From Lama guanicoe (taxonomy: Eukaryota), in the NCBI GenBank assembly GCA_013239625.1, contig MU056029.1, forward strand, positions 1,240,001 through 1,304,000: DNA of 64,000 nucleotides, read 5' to 3'. Position 1 is the first letter of the stretch; every line of letters begins with the position of its first letter. The translations under genes were made by a program, and so were the position numbers. The notes under the pieces are model-generated. The model saw only the letters and a list, made by a program, of their open reading frames with translations. It did no database searches and was not told the DNA's origin. Positions 54,159 through 64,000 of this stretch are shown here, piece by piece.

Positions 54159-54880
54159 GTCTCTGACTCTCCCTCAGACCTGCCGGGACAGGGACCCACG
54201 TAGCTCTACAAGGACTTGACTGTGGGGTGGGGATGGGCCATGTGACTAGCAGATCTTAGTCTTCCAGTGTAGCTTCCTGGGCAACAGGGCAGTTAAGTGC
54301 TACCTGTTCATCTTCGTGCAGACAGGTGCACTTCCCTCTCAGTTGATTCTGGGCAGGGAAGGAGGCATTTTGTGATTTCAGTTAGAGCCACTGGTCTAAG
54401 TTTTACCTGCTAAACTGAAAGCGGGGATACTGGGTGCCCAACGGACCATCAGAGATCATGCATCCACAGACATTTGCCTTTCACAAAGTTTCTCGTCTAG
54501 GTCATGTAATTGACACGCCAGGTGTTGACGTGGTTTTCAGCTCAGGGAAGTTGAGGACCTGTGGGTTACACAGACAGTGGGTGGTGAGGTCTCCTGGGGT
54601 GGTCACTCTGCTGGTTCCCACCTCCAGTTTTAGAAGAGGGAGGAAGGCAGAGGGCCTGGGTGCTAGAGAACTCAAATCCTCTACATTTTGCAAATCACCC
54701 AAATTCCGGTTACACCCCAATCTGCATTTCTTTGAAACCTTAGCTGTGGATGCACAGAGTAAAAGAGATTTCCTCCCTGGCTATTGGCAGTTCCTGGGTG
54801 TCTATGCGGTCTGTCAGGCTACCCAAAGATCCTCACACACTGCGTCTGCTTTTGACAGACAATTAGAAAGTGAATTCACA

Positions 54881-55001
54881 GAGGGGAGGGTGTGGCTCAG
54901 AGGTAGCATGCATGCCTAGCATGCAGGAGGTCCTGGGTTCAATCCCCAGTGCCTCCATGAAAGTAACTAAATAAATAAACCTAATTACCTACCTCCCCCA
55001 A
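54881..55001 (+). mobile_element. Vic-1-like SINE
   Basis: ggggagggtgtggctcagaggtagcatgcatgcctagcatgcaggaggtcctgggttcaatccccagtgcctcc...cctaattacc; TSD aaagt(g/a)aattcaca at 54867-54880 and 55002-55015. Confidence 0.9.
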
Positions 55002-56842
55002 AAAGTAAATTCACAAAGAAAGAGCTTCTCATAAGATTGGATTTGACATCAAGCAAAACTTCCCAACTTACGGTTATGTTCCTTATTAGCTACTACTTAT
55101 TAAGCACCTACTGTGTGTCAGGCATATGCTGACTGCTTGGCATTCCCGAATACACTTTATCCTGAAGGACCCCTGGGTAGTCCCCTCAATCTTCAGGTGA
55201 AGCAGTAGGGCCTAGAGAGTAAAGAGGTTGTTGAAGTTCATTCCATGGAGAAGGTCAGCGTCATGCTGACGTATCTCTCATGGCAAAAACTCATCACTTT
55301 GAAAAGGCTTTGTAAATAAGGGGTCCATGTGCCATTGCTACCTCTTATTCAGGATTTGTAGGGCTACGGAGGACAGACAGAGAGTGTCAGCCCAGGGACA
55401 GAGCTGCTCGAAGGCAGTGATGGATTCCAGGCTGGTTTTGGATGAAAATGTTTCAGACCTTCCTGCCCGGCTGATGTCTGGTTGGAGGGAGGCCAGCACT
55501 GTTTTGGGCTCTAAATCATGATGGCTGAGGGCCTGGCAGACTTGCTCGCCTCGTTTACTGTCGCACCAGCACAGAGATCGAATGCCACACCCCGACACAA
55601 AGAGAATTTAGTGTCGCTAAATGCCCAGGCCGGAAGGCGCACAAGTGCTGTCCTTCATTTGGCGAGGAGAGCGGGACCCACGCCGCAGCCCCGCCGCCCC
55701 CTGTGCTGCTGTTACCAGTGCTGGTAACTGCGTTGCTGTCAACAGGCCGCTTGCTGCTGCCTGACAGTGTGAGGGACGAGACGGTGTGAGATATGAGTCC
55801 ACGCTGTTCATGCAGCACTTTGTGATTTCAAGTAACTTTTATCTAGTTGCAATTATTATTTTATCAGATCCTTATTACAAGTATTATTATCCCCCCTGCC
55901 CCCCCCCAGTGATGGAGAAGGAGGCTTACAGGACTTGGGACTCATGCCCAGCGAGCCTGCCGGTAACCTCCTCCCAGCCACGCTCCCTGCAGCACAGACA
56001 CGCTTCCCTGGTTGATACGCTCCTCACATCAGAGCCCAAGGCAGCCACCCCCAGTCCCACTGCGGAGAGTGATGCCCTGCCCTGCAGTCGGCCAGCATCC
56101 CCGGCAGTCCCGTCCCCTCTGTGCCTGCACTGCCCACAACTGCCGTCTGCCTCCCCCGTCCTCACTTGCCTTCCCTGCGGGTGCCGGAGGAGGCTCCTGC
56201 ACTGCTGTCCAGAGTGCTTCCTTCATCCTGAATGTCCTCCCCTGCACCGTGCGCCCCCTGCTCCTTTGCCCTCTTCCCCGACCCCCTTGAGGACACTGAA
56301 GAGGTAGCGCCACGGGGGAGCACCATTTTCTGTGCTCTGCACTCTCCGTAGACACGTGTCTGTGTTCTCAGTCATCCCTGACTCTCAGAGCTGCCCTGGC
56401 CACTAAGACGTCTTGCCTCGAGGTTTGAGCTCCTTTTTAAGCTTCAGGATTCTCATTTCCCAACCTACTCACACTTCCAGGGGATGTGGGGGTCCCCTTA
56501 CTCCTTTTGGCCAGAGGTCAGACTCCCAGCTCCCATGTGTATTGGAACTGGAGTGGGGGGACTGTCAGCAGCTCTCCTCACTGTGAGTGTAGCCGGGGGC
56601 AGGCCAGTCTCATGGTGCGTCAGCTCCAAAGGGTGTGTGGCAGCTGAGCTGGGGAGAGGGTGCAGGGCAGGCACACAGGGCGACAGGACACCCGCTGCCC
56701 GAGCCAGTCAGGACAGTAGGAAGCCAGGAGACGCTGCCTTATCACAGTCTGCCGTCCACTCCACACACACAGCCCCAGCCGGACTCCCCTGTGGCCGCTG
56801 TGCTCAGGTCCATGTCTGAGCACCACGGCCCTTCAATACTAA

Positions 56843-57041
56843 TTACTACACATAAAACTAGATAAATAGCAAGGTCCTACTGTGCAGCACAGAGAACTAT
56901 ATTCAATAACTTGTAAGAGCCTAAGATGAAAAAGAATCTGAAAAGGAACATGCATATGTATGACCAAAACATTAGGCTGTACACCAGAAATTGACAGCAT
57001 TGTAGACCGACGGTACTTCAATTACAAATTTTTTAAAAAAT
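56843..57041 (+). mobile_element. L1 3' end, sense to the gene
   Basis: tagataaatagcaaggtcctactgtgcagcacagagaactatattcaataacttgtaa...tacaccagaaattgacagcattgtagaccgacggtacttcaatt. Confidence 0.85.
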
Positions 57042-57809
57042 ATTCAGGGTCCTGTAGCATCTAAATAATAGGAAGATAGAAATCTCCCTGTCCTTTAGGT
57101 GGAACTCACGGAGCCATCCGGGTCCCAGCATGCACCCAGGGGTGTGTGTGACCAGACACATAGGAAGCAGCTTGCCCGGGTGGGGCATCTCACCAGGCCC
57201 GTGTCTCCCCAGGAGAGGAGGGGAATTGCAGCAGAACGCACTTGTGTGAGGAGGGCGCCAGGGCTGCCCGTGCAAAAACACGCTTCTATAATACCCCAAA
57301 GTTGGAAACGGAAGGTCATATTAATTAAAAAAAAAACCCGCAAAACACAAGACCACCCAGTATCCACCTGCAGCGTTGGCGTTAAGTATGGAACTGTGGT
57401 TCACCATCAACCGCTGCACTGGGGCTACTCCAGTCTACTTCAGTTCTTACTAACACGCGGATGAGCGTTACGATCACATCACTAGTTCTCAGGGTTCTGA
57501 CCCCACCCTCGTCGAGCAGCGTTCTGATACGCTGGCCTCCCCCGTGGCCTTGCTCAGAGTCGGGGTGCCCTGGTTGTTGGAACCGTGTTGAGCAACTCGC
57601 ATCTCGGGGGAGAACGTCTAGCTAAAGGTGGAAAGTGGTACAAGTTTACGGAAAGATATGTCAACATGCAAGACTGCTTGGTGCCGGTCTCGGCTCGTCA
57701 TTACTGGTATATAATGGTGCTGTGACAAGGAAATGGCCGGGGCCGCACCACCGGCAACAGCCCCCGCGGACATCCCCTGCCGCGGGCCAGTGCTGAGGCT
57801 GGGCTGGCC

Positions 57810-58255
57810 CTTGTGGTTCTTACTATGAATGCAGGACACTCGGCAACAACCATCAGGGAACTTTGAAAAAGCAAGGTTTATTACTCACAGAGGCCACAGC
57901 ACCGTCGTGGGCAGGGGAGGGGGAAAGAGCACAGATCTGGGGCTCCACCTTTATTGGGGTGCAAAGTGGGTGCTTAGGGTGTCGAGAGTTCAATATTTAT
58001 GGGCAAATTTAAAACAGAAGAACAGGAATCAGGTGCACTACTTAGGGAGCAGAGGGGTCATCAGACACAGAGCGGTCGGTATCTGGGTCACCTTGGGTTT
58101 TCTAGAAGGGGGCTGCGTGGTGGGCTGGCTCTTCGCCTAGGAGGGTAGCTGGCAACATGCCGGGGTGAGGTGGATGTCTTTTAAGAAGATGCCCCAGCAA
58201 TTAAAAGCTTACCGTCAACCAAAAAAGCTTATGGTCAGGCACTGTCTCTACAAAG
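57810..58255 (-). mobile_element. Possible ERV LTR fragment
   Basis: aaaaagcaaggtttattactcacag (antisense AATAAA context) and ctggggctccacctttattgggg (antisense TATA-like context), a layout typical of antisense LTRs. Confidence 0.4.
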
Positions 58256-58844
58256 ACCTGTACGCACTGGCAGACGCGTCGTGTCCGTGATAAAAAGACT
58301 CAATGCCGTGAGACGTCATGTGTCCCCGGCCTGTAATCTGAGGATCCAGCTCAGGTGCAGTACAAATCCAGGAGGGTATTTTTCAGGGAGGCCTGATGAG
58401 CGGATCTGACATGTACACGGGCAAGCAGAGGTCTGAGAACAGCCAGGGCCCCGTGGAGCACAGAAAGGGGCAGGCACCTCGCCCCTCTGGCTGCTGGTGT
58501 CTGGAATTCTGAAGTCTGTGCAGTTAAGATGGGGTCGACTGAAACTGGGATAGAAAAAGAGAATCCTGCGAAGAGAACACTGGGGCCTGATGAACACCCT
58601 GCTTGTCAGAGCAGGCCCTGCGACTGTGCGGGTGGGAGGGACGGCTTACTGATTTCAGTGGCAACACAGAAAACCGCATGGAGAAGATGCAGCTGGACGC
58701 TTATGTGTGAAAATACATGCAGAAGTCAGCTCCCTGCGATCGAGGCCCTGATAAAGGTGACATTCCAGCTTTGACATTGCTCGTGTACTGTCTCCTGACC
58801 CGGGAGTTGGGAGGGCCTCCAAAATAGGATGCAGGAAGATGAAG

Positions 58845-59135
58845 AGGTTGATAAATTGGACTAACTAAAGTAAACATTTATCAAAAAAAATTTTTTTAAA
58901 AACACCAACCAAGTGGAATAGCCACAAACTTGAAGAAGATATTTGCAACTCATAGAACAAAAAGTTTATGTATCAGAATATATAAAGAAACCATGAACCG
59001 AATGGATAAAAAGCATGAACAGATTTCACAAAGAAGACACCGGCAAAGCCGCCCAAATGCTTTGTTCGGAGACATCTGTCCAGAACGTAAAACTACAAAG
59101 CAAACAATGCAACGATTATCATAAAATTGAGAAAG
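58845..59135 (+). mobile_element. Ancient L1 ORF2 C-terminal fragment
   Basis: gataaattggactaactaaa...aacttgaagaagatatttgcaactcata...atcagaatatataaagaa...atgaacagatttcacaaagaaga (LKKIFATH, IRIYKE, MNRF motifs). Confidence 0.7.
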
Positions 59136-60199
59136 CCACCTGTGGGGGCAAAGTGAGCTCTTCAGGGAGTCATGCACGTGCAGGCAGGGCCTCCAAGGCT
59201 CTGGCGTTTCCCTCTGTGTGAAGCCCCATGTCTGCTACATCTGTGCTTGTTTTATGATCTTTCAACGGTCAGGAGTCCTCTTTGGCACATAAAGCAGGAA
59301 TAAGCATGGTGACGTGCACTAGCAAAGAAACACCCACGCGCATCACTCCCAAGACCCTCCCTCTGGCCCCTCCCGTGGGGGCCTCTGATCAGGCGCGCAG
59401 TCGTGCTTGTCCGCCCCGGCGAGCAGCCTGGTGGGGTCCCGGAGCGCACTGTCCCACGTAGGGATGCCGCCCTGCCAGCGCATCGCGTCCCCTGCACCGT
59501 CTGCAGATTCCTCACCTGTTCTGTCCACTTGGGAATGAGCACCGGGCTCTGTGTAAGTAGCCAGGTGCTCAGCACACGGCCTTGTTCGGAAGGCATTGGG
59601 CACTGGGTGTGGCCTGTGTGAGCATCTGCAGGCAGATGGTGGCGCAGGTGTGCTGGTTTACAAGGGACACAGGGAACATTTGAGCCTGTCCGTTCCTGAA
59701 AGCCAGCTGCTCCCATGGAGCTGCTCCTGCCGAGGTGAACAGGTCCCACGAGGCCCTGTGGTCACCCCTTGGCCATCACCCCTCCCAGAAGCACTCTCCC
59801 CATGTCCCCTCGTGGCCGTGGCTGCTCCTCTGGGGGGCCCTCCTCACCTCCTCAAACTCCAGACCCTGCGGCGCCCGAGGAAGTCATGCTCCACTGCTTC
59901 TCCACCAACACACGCTCTCCAGGCCACCGTGTCACTAGCCCAAGCTCCGGGTGACATCTGCGTGCTGGTGACTTAAGCACTTACGTCCTCACTGTGGACC
60001 ATTCCTGTGAGCTCTTGACTTGTGCGGCCAGCTGTCTGCTCAGCTTCCCCACAAAGAGCCCTCGTGGGCCTCTCAGCTCTGACATGTCAGCAGCATCCCA
60101 ACTGCTGCTCTTTCCCCAGAATCCGGGTCCTTGCAGAATCTTCGCCAACCCAGGAAGTGCAGACAGCTCGTCCAGATGCCTGGCTCAGCCACCTTCTTC

Positions 60200-60800
60200 C
60201 TCTCCAGCTCACATTTGATATGTTAGCTGATTCGATAACTCTTTCCTTTAAAATGTATCTTGTTTTTTCCTCTTTTTGCCACTTCCAACCCCTTGTTGCT
60301 TTTCACCTGAATTATTTTAATATTGCCCTAAGCCATCTCCTGTTTCTTTCCTTTGCCCACCCATGTTCTGTTCTCCCATCTCAAGCAGATGGGTCCTTTG
60401 CCAGCATAAACGAGATTATGTCATTTCTTTTCTCCCCCTCCCCGTCGTGTCTTCCTAGCTCAGAGTAAAAGTCAAAGGCCTTAAATGGCCTTGAGCACTG
60501 TTTTATCTGGTCTTTTCCTCGGCCCTCTGCCCTGTCCAGTCACACTGCCTGCCTGGCTGCTCCTCGGGTGTTGCAGCACATTCCTGCTGGCAGGGCTGGC
60601 AGGACATTTGCACATGCAATGGCCCCTTCTGGGATGCTCTTCCTGCACAGCCCTCGGGTCTCCTAAATTAGGCCTTTCCAGATTACCTCATTTAGAACTG
60701 CACCCCTGCCCTCCTTCATTGCTTGTATTTCCCATGGGACTTGCTGCCACCTCACATATGACATGTTTCAGGAATATTTTCCTCCCTCTCTGGGAGACAG
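60200..60800 (+). mobile_element. L2 3' fragment
   Basis: cacctgaattattttaata...ctcagagtaaaagtcaaaggcctta...ccagtcacactgcctgcctggctgctcctc...aggacatttgcacatgc. Confidence 0.55.
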
Positions 60801-60827
60801 TCTTCTGTCTGTGTGTTCTCCATCTAC

Positions 60828-61545
60828 CTGTTCTAGTTTCCTACTGCTGCTGTGACAAGGTATCACAAACTCAGCAGTTTAACTAAAATAACTTGTTTAT
60901 TAACTAACCTTATTGTGGGAGTCATTTTGCACCACATGCATAGATACAACCATGACCATGTTGTATACTTCAAACTCACACAGTGTTGCAAGTCCATTAT
61001 AGCTCCAGTAAGTGAGACAAAATTGGAAAAAGAAAATAAAACAACGCTCTTACTGTCTCACAGTTCCGTAGGCCAGAACCCAGGGAATTTGCCTGCTGTC
61101 TCAGCCCTGGGTCTCACAAGGCCAGAATCACGGTGTTGGCAGGGCCGTGTTCCCTTCTGGGGGCAAGTCCACTTCCAGCCTCTCTCAGGCTGTTGGCAGG
61201 ACTCAGCTTCATGTGGCTGTTGGCCTAGGTCCCTGTTTCCTGCTGGCTGTCACCTGGGAGGGTCATTCTCACCTTAGAGGCTGCCCACGAGCCTTGGCTC
61301 ATGGCCCCGTCCTCCACCTTCAAAGCCAGTAAAGGCATCTGAGTACTTTTATCATGCTTCACATCTCTCTGAACTGGGTCTCTCTGACTGACTGCAGCCG
61401 GAACACGTTCTGTTTTTAAGGGCCCAAGTGATTATACTGGGTCCACTGGGATGATTTAAGATAACCTCCTGACTTTAAGGCCCAGAGCTTTAACTCCATT
61501 TGCACAGCACCTTTTGCCATGTAAGAGTCACAGGTGAGACTCCAG
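60828..61545 (-). mobile_element. MLT1 LTR with a short sense L1 3' fragment nested at ~60890-61040
   Basis: tgttctagtttcctactgctgctgtgacaaggtatcacaaactcagcag...tctcacagttccgtaggccagaa...ggtgttggcagggc...ttaactccatttgcacagcaccttttgccatgtaa. Confidence 0.75.
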
Positions 61546-61879
61546 GGGATGAACGTCCTGCCCGCTGCACCACCCTCCTGCCAGGACGGCCTGGACAGGA
61601 GCAACAGGTGCCTGTTGCAGAGCGAAACCTTGATAGTAGCTTCTGTGGTCAGGTGCTGCTCCAGGTCCTTAGACTCAGAAACAAACAGAGACCAGACTTG
61701 GACATTTCCTGAGCAGACAAAACTGGTGTAGCCATGACCATAGAGGTAAACAGAGCCACTTTTGCAAGGCTGACGTGGCCTGGGTCGTTTCTTGCTTATG
61801 CCTCTGAAAATCATAAACTGTTTCCCAAGGTTGATAGGAGGGAATCACTGACCAATTCCCTGTGATTTAAGAAGATTCA

Positions 61880-62489
61880 AATATTTTCGTAAATAACCAG
61901 CCAGTTATTTAAGACCGACCAGTGTGAAAAATGCAGTCACTGCTCTCTTGCTCTACAAGCTGCCCTGCAACTGTGTGCCTCAGAGCCTGTTTCCGTGTTT
62001 AGGTTTGCATGCTCCCAGTTTGCAAACTGTCCTTCTGGAATGTGCACAATAAACGTGTTAATTACTGCTTGGGTGAGTCATTGGTTTCACTGTTTATGTA
62101 CCGTTGACTAAATGCTCTGCACAGTATGTCCTTACGGAGCTCGTCTCATGACAGCAGGGGCCCTAAGAAGCAGGTGCTTCTTGAGAATATTTTCTTAAAT
62201 AACCAGCCAGTTATTTAAGACCAAGCAGTTTGAAAAATGCAGTCACTGCTCTCTTGCTCTACAAGCTGCCCTGCAACTGTGTGCTTCAGAGCCTGTTTCC
62301 GTGTTTAGGTTTGCATGCTCCCAGTTTGCAAACTGTCCTTCTGGAATGTGCACAATAAACGTGTTAATTACTGCTTGGGTGAGTCATTGGCTTCACTGTT
62401 TATGTACCGTTGACTAAATGCTCTGCACAGTATGTCCTTACGGAGCTCGTCTCATGACAGCAGGGGCCCTAAGAAGCAGGTGCTTCTTG
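61880..62489 (+). repeat. Imperfect tandem duplication, units 61880-62183 and 62186-62489 (304 bp each)
   Basis: Both units start aatattttc(g/t)taaataaccagccag and end ccctaagaagcaggtgcttcttg; about 6 substitutions by eye. Confidence 0.97.
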
Positions 62490-62693
62490 GTTAGAAGGAC
62501 TGAGGCACAGCGCACGAGTGGCTCACCCAAGGCCACGAAGCTGGGGGAGCCCCGGGACCCGTGGTCTCAGCCCCTGCGACGGGGCACCCTGCAGAGAAGA
62601 CACACAGAGGGAAGTGGCAGCCCCGGCTTCTGAGCACGCCGCCCTCTAGAAGTGAGAGGGGCCTGCACCCTGGGGGTGTCTGCCCTGGTCTGA

Positions 62694-63399
<706 letters not shown>

Positions 63400-64000
63400 T
63401 AATCTGAGGTGCACTTGCCTCCCTGCGAGCCGGCCCGCTGACTGCCAGCCCTGCCCGGAGGCCCCCCCACCCCCGACTGCTTATATAACCCATCCCCCGC
63501 CCTGCCAGGCACTGGGACCTTCTGGCGGCATCTCTGCAGGAAAGGTAGAGAGCTTCCTGCAGATACTCCCACTTACCTGCCCTGCTCCCTCCTGCTTTGA
63601 ACATTTCAGAGATTTCCTGGGGGCAGAATTCGGGAAAGCACCACCAAACAGCACAGAGACAGCCGAAGCCTTGGCAGGAAGGGAGCAGGTGCTCTCATGC
63701 CCAGGGGCACAGGGCAGCCTGGCTTAACGCGACACAAAGCAGGCGGGATGTCCACAGGCACCAAATGCGTTCCCTTCCCACACCTGCAAGGTTGTCCTCG
63801 GACCCCTCCTGGCCACAGGAGGCCCAGGGGAGGGTACTCCGGGGCTCCAGAGTGTCTCCACCATGTGACAGGGGTGGAGCGTAAGCTCTAAGCCCCACAT
63901 GTCACCCTGGTCCGCGTCTCTGTCAGTATCACCAACCCCAGAGCTGGCTGGAAGCACACACACGCCGCCTCTCACAGGCACTCAGCACCTGCCCCCTGGC

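Overview
Mammalian genomic DNA, very probably a camelid (inferred from six Vic-1-like tRNA-derived SINEs). The window lies inside GABRA5 (GABA-A receptor alpha-5 subunit, + strand). Five consecutive coding exons of the extracellular domain can be placed exactly with AG/GT boundaries and compatible phases: 8372-8493, 10330-10397, 10500-10720, 43758-43840 and 62821-62964. The start-codon exon and the transmembrane exons lie outside the window. The rest is intron, largely filled with decayed retroelements (L1, L2, MIR, MaLR/MLT1, MLT2, SINEs) and a few DNA-transposon remnants. The most unusual feature is a diverged, in-frame tandem second copy of the 144-bp exon (63110-63253), which encodes part of the ligand-binding domain. 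A second ~304-bp tandem duplication lies just upstream of it. These could be real duplications or haplotype false-duplications in the assembly; a clear artefact of that type flanks the N gap at 43137-43155, and sequence alone cannot decide. Repeat family names come from recalled consensus motifs, not from a database search, and boundaries of old repeats are approximate.
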